NCBI GenBank assembly: GCA_043801965.1
Contig: JAZDLN010000051.1
Coordinates: forward strand, 19,720 to 83,719
DNA: 64,000 nt
Origin: Candidatus Falkowbacteria bacterium
Lineage (GTDB): Bacteria > Patescibacteriota > Patescibacteriia > Patescibacteriales > UBA12075
Direction: 5' to 3'
Shown: one piece after another, positions 9,660 through 18,500 of the stretch
Layout: each line of letters starts with the position of its first letter
Position numbering within the stretch: the first letter of the stretch is position 1
Notes under the pieces: model-generated
What the model was told of the DNA's origin: nothing
The model's database searches: none
Seen by the model: the letters and a program-made list of their open reading frames with translations, nothing else
Program-made: the position numbers and the translations under genes

Positions 9660-9928
9660 AAAAAGAAAACGCCTGGCGCGAATTTCTGGATAAACATTAT
9701 CCATACAGAAAGATGACTCTGTTCTGGATTTTTATAATGCTACTCAGCGTCTCATCGTCCTTATGGCTGGTCCGGACACTTGAAAAATTGGTCTGGCTTA
9801 ATAACGGACTTTCTCCCCTTATCTCTCTTATCCCCTTTGCCGCGCTCTTTCTTCTCGGCATCGCCATGGAAATAAGGGTAGAAAACAAAATTCAGACAAA
9901 ATTTGAAAACCGACATGTAACAAAATAA
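9656..9928 (+). CDS. Small hypothetical membrane protein (2 TM).
   Basis: Translationally coupled (GTGA overlap) to the upstream gene. Confidence 0.4.
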   Translation: MKKENAWREFLDKHYPYRKMTLFWIFIMLLSVSSSLWLVRTLEKLVWLNNGLSPLISLIPFAALFLLGIAMEIRVENKIQTKFENRHVTK

Positions 9929-9946
9929 ACCACCGGGAGGGCCGAT

Positions 9947-10360
9947 ATGCTCGATAATCCGTTCGAAGACGAAGGTTTAACGCACCATGAACGAAAAACC
10001 AAGTTGAAAGAAATTTTTGACGAACTGCAAAGGCGCTTATCCGTCAAAGACCTCGAGGCAATCAAGGAAATGCTTACGGTTGCCGGTTTAGATGCCGCGA
10101 CCGTCAAGGGTATCGTTATCAATCCGCGAAAGATCGAACTTAGCCGGGAATTAGACTGTTTGGCCGAAGAATGGCAAAATGAACAGCTGCGTCATCCCAG
10201 AATAAGATACGCCACGCCCGACAAAATTTACGCCCTTAAGAAATCGTCCGAAAAACTCGCGTCCGAAGCCTCCCAGTCCGACCTCTGCCATCCGGAATAC
10301 ACCCGAGCGGCCAATCTGGATAAACAGATCAGTTTCGCGATACTGGATTATGAAGAGTAA
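9947..10360 (+). CDS. Hypothetical protein (137 aa, acidic, helical).
   Basis: ORF with upstream GGGAGG. No recognisable motif. Confidence 0.4.
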   Translation: MLDNPFEDEGLTHHERKTKLKEIFDELQRRLSVKDLEAIKEMLTVAGLDAATVKGIVINPRKIELSRELDCLAEEWQNEQLRHPRIRYATPDKIYALKKSSEKLASEASQSDLCHPEYTRAANLDKQISFAILDYEE

Positions 10361-10412
10361 GGAGTAAGCAAAATTTTATACAACAAACTCCCGGGAACAA
10401 TAAAGGAGAAAG

Positions 10413-10622
10413 ATGACAATAGATGAATTAACCAAAGCAACCGAAAATTCTATAAAAATGGCCAAAGAGATTTGGCTTCGTGCCGTCGGAACATCGGTTC
10501 CGGATGAAGGCGATAAAATGGCTATTGGCCAACTGGCCAGTGTCTTGCTTCAGGACCACCTTGCCCAACAGAGACAGCAACTCGATTCAAAATACAGTTT
10601 AATGGGCCAAGGCATGCCCTAA
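10413..10622 (+). CDS. Small hypothetical protein (69 aa).
   Basis: AAAGGAGAAAG RBS 7 nt before the ATG. Confidence 0.4.
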   Translation: MTIDELTKATENSIKMAKEIWLRAVGTSVPDEGDKMAIGQLASVLLQDHLAQQRQQLDSKYSLMGQGMP

Positions 10623-10690
10623 ACTAAAAAATTCTCACTAATCATTTCTAAAACCAAAAAACTCTCGCAAAAACGCGGGAGTATTTTTTT

Positions 10691-10789
10691 GCCCTCACCC
10701 CGGCTCTCCCGAAGCGTCGGGATCGCCGACCCTCTCCCGCGATTTAAATCGCGGGAGAGGGTGACGAGCGGAGCGAGTCGGGTGAGGGC
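10691..10789. repeat. GC-rich nested palindromic element, gccctcaccc ... ggtgagggc. It overlaps and encodes the 3' end of mnmA.
   Basis: Perfect palindrome ccctctcccgcgatttaaatcgcgggagaggg nested inside outer gccctcaccc / ggtgagggc arms. On the minus strand it reads ATGCCCTCACCCGACTCGCTCCGCTCGTCACCCTCTCCCGCGATTTAA, giving MPSPDSLRSSPSPAI-stop. Confidence 0.7.
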
Positions 10790-12099
10790 ATAATAACCCC
10801 GCCCCCTAAAACCTCGTCCCCGTCATAAAACACGACCGATTGCCCCGGTGTTACCGCCCGCTGCGGTTCCTTGAGTTTAACGTTATATTCCTTAACTCCG
10901 CCCTCAAGCGCCACCGGAACACCCCTCCCCCTCCCACCCCGAATGATGGGCGGGTGCCGGAGCGGAGCGGAGGCGGGAGGGGTATTGGGGAGAGGTAGAG
11001 ACGCGACTTCGCATCCCACCGCCTTATGCCGGTACCGGATCACGGCCTCGCATTTTAAAGGCATCTCCGGCTCGAATCCGGAAACCCAATTGATTTCAGA
11101 GACGATAAAATTATCGCGGAAAAGCGCCGGGTCGTTTGCGTCGGATACGACGTATAAAGTATTGGTTTTATAGTCCGTGCCCGCGACATAATAAGGCCCG
11201 GTGCCGCCAATCTCGACTCCCCGCCTCTGCCCGAGCGTATAAAGCGGCAAACCCTGATGCTGTCCGATTACTTTGCCCGCACCCTCTCGCGCCGCCGGAA
11301 CACCCCTCCCCGTCCCTCCCCTAATTAGGGGAGGGTGCTGAAGCGGAGCGGAGGCAGGAGGGGTGCTAGATGCAAGAGCCACTATCGGCCCGGGCTCCAT
11401 TTTAAGATATTTTTTCAGATACTCGTTATGCTCCAAAATCTTCCCCTCGCTGTTTAAAAAACAAACATCCTGGCTTTCGCCCGTTAAATGCGGCAATCCC
11501 GCCTCCGCCGCTATTTTCCTGATTTCATCCTTAGTGTATTCTCCGAGCGGAAACAGTATTTTTTTCAGTTGATCCTGCGTTAAAGTATATAAAAAATACG
11601 ATTGGTCTTTATTAGTATCTATACCCCTAAACAAAGCACATAATTCATTTTTCATGACATAATGCCCGGTAGAGAGATAATCCGCGCCTAATTCGTCAGC
11701 CACGCGTAAAAGCTCCCCGAATTTAATAAGCCGGTTGCACCTAACGCATGGATTTGGCGTTATCCCCTCTTGATAACTTTTTAAAAAATAATCTATTACC
11801 TCTTTCCGGAATCTGACGGTCAGATTGACCGGATAGAATCTTATGCCGAGCTTCTTAGCCACCTGCCGGGCCGCCGCCTCGCTTTTATCGTTCGGAAACC
11901 CCAGGCGCATGAATATGCCGGTTACGTCATAACCCTCTTTACGCAACAAAAAAGCCGCCGTGGAAGAATCTACCCCCCCGGACAAGGCTACAACAACACG
12001 AGATTTTTTTCCCGCACCGCCAGCTTGCCCCGCATAATCCCGAAGGGATTTGTGCGGGGACGTGGCAACTATTACTTTTTTATTTTTTGCATTTTTCAT
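10744..12099 (-). CDS. mnmA: tRNA-specific 2-thiouridylase MnmA. It carries two in-frame repeat-element insertions and an element-derived C-terminal tail.
   Basis: PP-loop SGGVDSS and motifs CVRCNRLIKF and DYLSTGHY. The 451 aa length exceeds the usual roughly 360 aa because of insertions TPPASAPLQHPPLIRGGTGRGVPAAREG and TPPASAPLRHPPIIRGGRGRGVPVALEG. Confidence 0.9.
   Translation of the reverse strand: MKNAKNKKVIVATSPHKSLRDYAGQAGGAGKKSRVVVALSGGVDSSTAAFLLRKEGYDVTGIFMRLGFPNDKSEAAARQVAKKLGIRFYPVNLTVRFRKEVIDYFLKSYQEGITPNPCVRCNRLIKFGELLRVADELGADYLSTGHYVMKNELCALFRGIDTNKDQSYFLYTLTQDQLKKILFPLGEYTKDEIRKIAAEAGLPHLTGESQDVCFLNSEGKILEHNEYLKKYLKMEPGPIVALASSTPPASAPLQHPPLIRGGTGRGVPAAREGAGKVIGQHQGLPLYTLGQRRGVEIGGTGPYYVAGTDYKTNTLYVVSDANDPALFRDNFIVSEINWVSGFEPEMPLKCEAVIRYRHKAVGCEVASLPLPNTPPASAPLRHPPIIRGGRGRGVPVALEGGVKEYNVKLKEPQRAVTPGQSVVFYDGDEVLGGGVIMPSPDSLRSSPSPAI
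10920..10984. repeat. In-frame nested-palindromic element copy (diverged) inside mnmA.
   Basis: cacccctccccctcccaccccgaatgatgggcgggtgccggagcggagcggaggcgggaggggta. Outer IR cacccctcc / ggaggggt(g/a). Confidence 0.65.
11301..11365. repeat. In-frame nested-palindromic element copy inside mnmA.
   Basis: cacccctccccgtccctcccctaattaggggagggtgctgaagcggagcggaggcaggaggggtg. Inner perfect palindrome ccctcccctaattaggggaggg. Confidence 0.75.
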
Positions 12100-12114
12100 C
12101 TTTAGTAAACTTCA

Positions 12115-12161
12115 CTCTCCCGTGAGCGACGCCAGCCGGGGGAGAGGGGCGGGGGTGAGGG
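12115..12161. repeat. GC-rich palindromic element with GGGGGTGAGGG tail, just upstream of mnmA.
   Basis: ctctcccgtgagcgacgccagccgggggagaggggcgggggtgaggg. Confidence 0.5.
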
Positions 12162-12188
12162 AAAAACAAAAAGCGCGCCAGCGCCTTC

Positions 12189-12225
12189 GTGCTAAATACT
12201 AAATACTATATGCTAAATACTTAAA
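12189..12225. repeat. TACTAAATAC direct-repeat element supplying the stop codon of the 12213-13613 gene.
   Basis: gctaaatactaaatactatatgctaaatactt. On the coding (minus) strand, repeated GTATTTAGT units place TAG in all three frames. Confidence 0.55.
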
Positions 12226-13613
12226 ACCAGTATATCCGATAAGCCGCCTTCCAGGGCGTGGAACTTAAAGTATATCAAGCTGGAAACGAATAAAATTACC
12301 AGAAAACTCTGCAGTATCACGTGCTTATGCTGGATCTCGTATCGGACAATGATGTTGACGATCAGGGCCATGATCAAAAGAGTAAGAATGGCGACAAAGA
12401 CGTAATTTACCGCCCTCGCTATACCGGAGGCGCGCATGGTCCTGGCGTCAGCCGTATTCTTGAACACCAGCGGTTCGCTCGGAATATTCTTTTCCAGGGC
12501 GCTGTTCGGGCTTGCCGGATCAGCCATCGCCAATTTTTGTCCATCCGCGGCCGGAACGGTTTCCGGCAATACCGGCGGGATAGCCGGCAATATTTCCGGT
12601 TCGCTCATGGTTTTCTCTTCAGCCGTTGGATTGGGGCTAACTTTATCTGCCGGTTTAGACTCAACGGTTTCCGTTTTCGGCGCCGGTTTTATGGCCGGTT
12701 TAACGACGGCGACTGCTGGCGCCGGCTTCTCTTCTTCTTTCTTGTTGTCATCGGCCAAAACGGCTACCGTTTCCGGCGTGGCCGGTTTAACATCGGCAGG
12801 AGAAGAAGGGGCGGGCTCGCCCGCCGGAGCTTTAGCGTAGGCGGGTCTGGTCGTACCGAAAAGCTGGACCAAAACATTGGTTTGTTTGCCGTTCATGGTA
12901 CCGGTTACCATCGCCAGTCCGACATCGGCGTAACGATCGTTTAAAATATTGTGCTTATGCGAGGGCGAGTTCATTAAAGCCCGGTGGGCCGAATCGGCGG
13001 AGGTAAAATTCATGGCTAAGTTTTCGCCCACGAACAGATATTTATATTGGCCGCGGTCGATCCAATCCCAGGGTTTTTTGCCGTCCGGCGAATGGTGCGC
13101 GAAATAACCTTTGGCGATCATGTCTTCGGCTTTCTCGTGCGCCGCGATATTGAGTACTAGGTTAGAATTAACGGTTCCCAGTCCCGCTTCCGCGCGGGCG
13201 CCATTGATCAAAGTCAGTATTTCTTCGGTCATGTTCTCGGTCATGCGTCCTTCCTCCGGGTAAACCAGGAACAAATATCCGACCAGGGATATTTTTATGA
13301 CGACCAGAAGCACAATGATCAAGGCCAGCGAATGGGCGCGGAGTATTTTCGGCTTGTGGCTGTTGCCGTCGTGGGGAATAAAATAATCATAAAATAACCG
13401 GCTCGAATCGGAGCAGTATTTACTGAACGTTTCCCGGCCGGTCCTAAGTTCGTTTATCTCCCTTTCTTCGCTCCGAAAAAAATCTTTCAGGTTTTGCCTG
13501 ATATCCTGATATTTTTTCTGTCCGTCCTGCCAAAAAAAGGCTACTAACTTATAAAGTAAATAGGCTAATATTAAATATAAAATTCCTCTTTTTTTATTGT
13601 TTTTCTGCGTCAT
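12213..13613 (-). CDS. CAP/SCP/PR1-like domain protein with a Pro/Ala-rich linker and membrane anchors.
   Basis: GENLAMNF ... HRALMNSPSHKHNILN resembles CAP-domain motifs. N- and C-terminal hydrophobic segments. Confidence 0.55.
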   Translation of the reverse strand: MTQKNNKKRGILYLILAYLLYKLVAFFWQDGQKKYQDIRQNLKDFFRSEEREINELRTGRETFSKYCSDSSRLFYDYFIPHDGNSHKPKILRAHSLALIIVLLVVIKISLVGYLFLVYPEEGRMTENMTEEILTLINGARAEAGLGTVNSNLVLNIAAHEKAEDMIAKGYFAHHSPDGKKPWDWIDRGQYKYLFVGENLAMNFTSADSAHRALMNSPSHKHNILNDRYADVGLAMVTGTMNGKQTNVLVQLFGTTRPAYAKAPAGEPAPSSPADVKPATPETVAVLADDNKKEEEKPAPAVAVVKPAIKPAPKTETVESKPADKVSPNPTAEEKTMSEPEILPAIPPVLPETVPAADGQKLAMADPASPNSALEKNIPSEPLVFKNTADARTMRASGIARAVNYVFVAILTLLIMALIVNIIVRYEIQHKHVILQSFLVILFVSSLIYFKFHALEGGLSDILVLSI

Positions 13614-13670
13614 AAATTTTATATTTTAATAATAGCATAAAAAGACTGAAACGTCAAGCAAAAATTCAAT

Positions 13671-13720
13671 GCCCTCACCCTGACCCTCTCCCTGGACTGC
13701 GGTGTCCAGGGCGAGGGAAC
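13671..13720. repeat. GC-rich palindromic element, reverse orientation.
   Basis: gccctcaccctgaccctctccctggactgcggtgtccagggcgagggaac. Confidence 0.5.
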
Positions 13721-13817
13721 TATAGTAAGATGTTGTGGAATTTTCCAATGTCAAAAATATTAAATTAGAAAGAGAGTTGAACAAAACAATGCAAAAAATC
13801 TAAACGTATAAAGTAAT

Positions 13818-13869
13818 CTCCCCTCTCCCGCGGCGCCGCAGCCGCGGGAGAGGGGCTGGGGGTGAGGGC
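13818..13869. repeat. GC-rich palindromic element.
   Basis: ctcccctctcccgcggcgccgcagccgcgggagaggggctgggggtgagggc. Confidence 0.55.
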
Positions 13870-13904
13870 AACAAAAAACAGGCGATGGTTTCGCCTGCGT
13901 GATT

Positions 13905-14330
13905 TTATTTGCCGCAGATTTCGATGATTTCCAGGACGACTTCCCCTTGACGATCCAAAGATAAATACTGTCCGAATCCTGGAACTTCTCTTTTTAAAAA
14001 CATATAAAGTTTTTCGGCGGTATTTTTTTCTTGTATACTTTTTTCTGCTTCAATAATCTCGGAAGCGATTTTTTTCGCCATTTCTATTATGGCGACTTCG
14101 ACCTTGCCCGTAATCGTAATCTCCGACGGCCTGTCAAGAAATTTTCCCATTAGGCCAATATCCAGTCTTAATCCCAAATCAGATTGCTGGCCGTTGAACT
14201 TGTAACGGACTAAACGAAAAACGTTACATCCTCCAGTTTTTTTGACCGCCCGTTCAGCCCGGAAAAACTCTATCCCCGGTAAATCCGCATGTTTTGCGTT
14301 TTCAACAATCGGAATGATTTTTTTTCTCAT
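13905..14330 (-). CDS. Hypothetical protein, weakly QueF/T-fold-like.
   Basis: Start taken at MRKKIIPIVENA (ATG 14330, overlapping the NUDIX stop). TGGCNV and AEKLYMF loosely resemble the QueF Cys and E(S/L)K(S/A)hK(L/Y)(Y/F) motifs. Speculative. Confidence 0.3.
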   Translation of the reverse strand: MRKKIIPIVENAKHADLPGIEFFRAERAVKKTGGCNVFRLVRYKFNGQQSDLGLRLDIGLMGKFLDRPSEITITGKVEVAIIEMAKKIASEIIEAEKSIQEKNTAEKLYMFLKREVPGFGQYLSLDRQGEVVLEIIEICGK

Positions 14331-14332
14331 TT

Positions 14333-14782
14333 TTACTGATTCTCCTTTTCCAAAATCCCCATTTTTTCGAACCAGTATTTCCAAACCGGTTCTAGGGTTA
14401 ATTTTTCCATTTCCTCTGGGGTATACCACCCCATAGATTTCGCTTCTTCGTCTTCTTTCCGCTCTTCGCCCTCGACTTCGCAAATGAACAGATACCAATA
14501 ATGGCATTTCACGCCGGCGCCACAATAATTCCAGGGCACCTCTTCTTCGTAAAGGTATTCAAAATCGACGACCGTAAATCCGCTTTCTTCCCTGACTTCG
14601 CGCTCCATGGCCAATTCCGGAACTTCCCCTTCGTCAACGTGTCCGGCTACTCCGGCGAACCCGAAGGGCTCTCTGGCGCGGTCGATCAATAAGTATTTTC
14701 CGTCTTTCACGATTACGGCCCCGACAGAATAATGCATCGGTCGCCCGTCGGAACTTGTCCCTGATTTTGGTTTCGGGTGCAT
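14333..14782 (-). CDS. NUDIX hydrolase.
   Basis: Nudix box GHVDEGEVPELAMEREVREESG. Confidence 0.8.
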   Translation of the reverse strand: MHPKPKSGTSSDGRPMHYSVGAVIVKDGKYLLIDRAREPFGFAGVAGHVDEGEVPELAMEREVREESGFTVVDFEYLYEEEVPWNYCGAGVKCHYWYLFICEVEGEERKEDEEAKSMGWYTPEEMEKLTLEPVWKYWFEKMGILEKENQ

Positions 14783-14861
14783 GTGAAATCCTTTCCTGAA
14801 AAAATTAATATTTAAAGATCGTATGTTTAAAAATATATAACGATTAGTCTTCCGTCCTGCT

Positions 14862-14884
14862 TAATACTAAATACTAATTTTCTA
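14862..14884. repeat. Short copy of the TACTAAATAC element at the stop of the sortase gene.
   Basis: ttaatactaaatactaattttcta overlapping stop TAG (14874-14876). Confidence 0.45.
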
Positions 14885-15539
14885 AAAGCTCCGCGATCAC
14901 GACCAGCCTCTGCGCGGTCGAGTAGATCGGCGTGCAGGTGAACATGGTCAGGGTCGGTTTTTCGGTCGGATTCATAATAGAAAGATCCGTGGGTTCCACT
15001 ACTTTTATTTCTTTGATACGGTAAAAATAATCCTTTTCTTTATATATCACGGAAACAATATCCCCGATAACCAATTTATCAAACAGGAAAAAGGTCAGAT
15101 TGTTGGGCGGCAGATATTTAAAACGATGCCCGGTAATGACGGTGTTGCCCCCTTTATCCGGGGTCGAACTTTCCGGCACGCGCCAGGAGCCGCGGGACAA
15201 GCCGTAATCGGCGGATTTAGCTTCCACGATCGGCGCGTTTACGCCGATCTTGGTGATTATTATCCGGTTCGGGGATACCGCGTACTCGGCTTCGGGTAGC
15301 TTGCTCACGATCTTGGCTGTTTTCTCTTTGACGATAACCTCGTCCTGATGGACGGCCGCCGCCTCCGTGCTCGTACCCGTAACTCCGGCCAGAGACGCCT
15401 CCCTTCTTTGCGTCATCCTGTATTTTACGGAAGGATAGAGCGGCAGGGCGAATATATAAACTATCACGAGGATAGCCAAAAATTCCATTGTTAAAACAAC
15501 CGCCTTTAAGACTTTTCCTTTTATCGCTTTTTTCTCCAT
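14874..15539 (-). CDS. Sortase family transpeptidase.
   Basis: N-terminal TM anchor, catalytic His (VITGHRF) and TLTMFTCTP (TLxTC Cys motif). Immediately downstream of a giant surface protein gene. Confidence 0.8.
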   Translation of the reverse strand: MEKKAIKGKVLKAVVLTMEFLAILVIVYIFALPLYPSVKYRMTQRREASLAGVTGTSTEAAAVHQDEVIVKEKTAKIVSKLPEAEYAVSPNRIIITKIGVNAPIVEAKSADYGLSRGSWRVPESSTPDKGGNTVITGHRFKYLPPNNLTFFLFDKLVIGDIVSVIYKEKDYFYRIKEIKVVEPTDLSIMNPTEKPTLTMFTCTPIYSTAQRLVVIAELLEN

Positions 15540-15557
15540 TTATATTGATCTAAATTA

Positions 15558-18500
15558 TTAATTTTTACCCGCGAAGCTCTTTCTTAACCGGAGAGGCCTG
15601 GTCTTTTTCAGGTTTACAACTTCGGGTATTTCTTCGTTATTGAGCGAGCGTTCCTTGATGGTCAGGATGATCGTTAAAATTACGAAAATCACGGAAAGCG
15701 CGATCAGAAGTTTCATGGCCAACCGGGCCGGAGCCAGATCGATCTTATTGCCGATCCGCCCGGAATTATCCAAAAAAGCAAAATCGTTTTCGCCGGGATA
15801 AAAGGTCTGGTCTAATTCCGTGGCGGTCTCGCCCGCGTATCCGGCGGCTAAAGCCTTTTCTGGTTGGCCGACGATATCGTCCAAAAAGCCTAAGCGGGAA
15901 ATAGCCGGGGCGACCGCGACCGGTTGCGGAACGGCAACTTCCTCACTGCTAAGACCTGCCACTGCCACGGTCTTGATCTCAAGACTGGACCGATCCCGGG
16001 CGGTTTCTGCGGTCCCGGAATTATCGGACTTAACTTCAAATTCGATCAAATATAGTCCCGGTTCGGCGGTCTTATCCGCCTCTACAGTAAAAAATACTTT
16101 CCTGAATTGTCCCGGAACCATATCTCCCAGGTTCCAATTGTTTATTATACCACCCCCATCTAAAAATGTCAATCCATCACCCAAACTTCCGCTCAGAATA
16201 ACGCCTTTAGCCGTTTTTACGCCGTTATTGGTAATAACCGCCTTGTAAGTAACCGTATCTCCGGGATTTGCGTAGTCCGCGCCGCCGGAAAGTCCGATCT
16301 CGAGCAAGGGCCTAAACCCAAACCAGTCCGGGTTCTCCACCTTGATCTTGGTCGAAGCGACCACAGCCACAAAATCATCCTTGGCCGCGTCGTATCCTTC
16401 GACGGTCACTTCGTTTGCGTAAACCCCGCTCCGGATATTGGACGTAATCTCGAGCGAGTAGCCGATACTGACCTCTTCGCGGTCGAGAACCGCGCCGAGC
16501 TCCCAAAGCTCCCGGTTAACCTCGACTTTCCCCTCTTCACCCGATAGAATATCCAGTACCAGTACGTCCTCCATGGGCGTACCGCCTGGATTCCTGATCG
16601 TGATCGTATAATTGACGACGTCGCCCGGACGGACAACATCGGCCGCGTCATTGGTTTTAACGACGACGAGAGCGGGAGATGTATTACCCATCCTGTTATC
16701 GGCGTCGGTTCGGGATGATAAAGAATTGCCCGCGCCGCCGGCGGCGGCCGCATTCCCGCCATCAACGACGACGGTCCCGCCGGCGGAATTATCACCCGGA
16801 TCGCGATCGTTTCCGAAGGATGAAATCGCGACGGTATTATCCGCGTTATGATGCCCCGCCGAAATATCGTCCCTGACCCTGACGGCATAACTTAAACTGC
16901 CCTGCGTATTGGGCGGGAGATCAGAGAGCGGCCAAGCGACAATACCGGCGCCCGCCTCGCTCCAGACGTAATTTTCGTCATAATCGTCGGACAGGGTCAC
17001 TCCGGTCGCCAGACCGTCGCCTTTGTTGCCGAACAGGAAGGTGTAATTTATATAATCCCCCCGCCTGACCGGCCCGGCCGCGTCGTTCGCTTCCGTTACC
17101 CAAAGATCAGGCAGACCGAAAGCCAGGTTGCCCTGCCAATCGCCGAAAACGTTTACCATGGAAAATTCCCAGCTATTGCCCGTAAAATTAGCGTTAATGA
17201 AATTTAAAAGGCTGTTTTGGATATTGATATCGCCGGTCGCGATACTGCCGCCGTCACTATGTAGAATCGAGTTATTGCCGGTCGAGGCGTTTATCTCAAT
17301 ATTATTGGTGGTCGAGGCCAGATTAGTATTACCGACGATCATTTGCGCGTAAGCGGAGTAAAATTCCGGATCGGATAGGATATCGTTATAGATCGTGATC
17401 CCGTATTCGTCCTCTAAGTAATCGTAACCGGCGGGAAGTCCGGTTATAAAGCCGTCCCAATTCCCGAAGATATTTACCCGCGCGAATTTCCAGGCATTGC
17501 CGGTTACGCTGTAGTTTATCAGGTTAAAAACATGCGACTCTACGACGGCCTCTCCGGTAGTGATCTCGCCTCCTCCCTCGGTCGTATTGTCGCCGGTCGA
17601 GGCGTTAATATCTATATTATTAAGAAGATCGGCCGCGTCCGTGTTGGCTAAAATAATACCGGCGGATTCGGCTTCAAGTTCCGGCGTCTGGGCGATAACC
17701 TCTGTCGTCGTCGCTGCTTCATCGGCACTGGTACTGGCGGCGTTACCGGGGCCGGGCAGGATAATATCGCCTTTAAGCTCGCCGAAAATATTAACGACCG
17801 CGAAAAACCAATCATTCCCGGCTACGTTCAGGTTGGCGATATTCACGAGGTCGTTCACGATCTCGATATCGCCGGTTTCGATCCGGCCCTCTCCGGTCGA
17901 GGTGGCGATTATATTATCGCCGGTATTGGCGTCGATAACGATATTATTATCCGTCGAAGCCGAATTATCGTTATTTATCGTCACGTAGCAATCGATAACA
18001 TCGCAGGCGCCGCTTTCTTCGACCGCTGTTTCCTCCCCGTTAAAGCCGGACAGGTCGATCGCGCCCATGACATGGTTGAAAATATTTATAAAATACTCCT
18101 TGCCGGGTCCGAAAAAATTATTATTGATGTAATTCAGGATGATATTGATAATGCCGACGTCGCCGGTCGTGATCAAAGCATCCCCGGACGATGACGCGAT
18201 AGTATTTCCGCCGCTATCACCGTTAAGCAGGACGTCGTTAGTGGTCGTGGCCGCGTTTAAGTTGTCTACCGATGTCGTGCCGCTGGCCGTATCCGGACAT
18301 TCCGCGCCGCAATCGGCTTCCAGGCCGTTCGAGTTAACGATATTTTCGGCAATAGCCTCGATAATCGCTTCGCCCGTCGCTATTGTTGAAGTGCCGGTAT
18401 TATCTTCCGTTCCGTTAATACCGGTCGTATCGGTCGCGTCGTCGACCGCTTCCGCTCCGTCGAGTTCGATAATCTCTATGTTGCCGTTGTTATCCGTCTG

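Noticed and set aside
10920-11365. Whether the in-frame insertions could be mini-inteins.
   Set aside because: They are only about 27 aa, with no intein splicing motifs (no N-terminal Cys/Ser block and no C-terminal HN). The DNA is a nested palindrome shared by unrelated genes, which fits a repeat element rather than an intein.
12321-12944. Track ORFs 12321-12944(+) and 12436-12840(+) inside the CAP-domain gene.
   Set aside because: They are antisense to the Pro/Ala-rich linker region. Low-complexity translation with no start signals.
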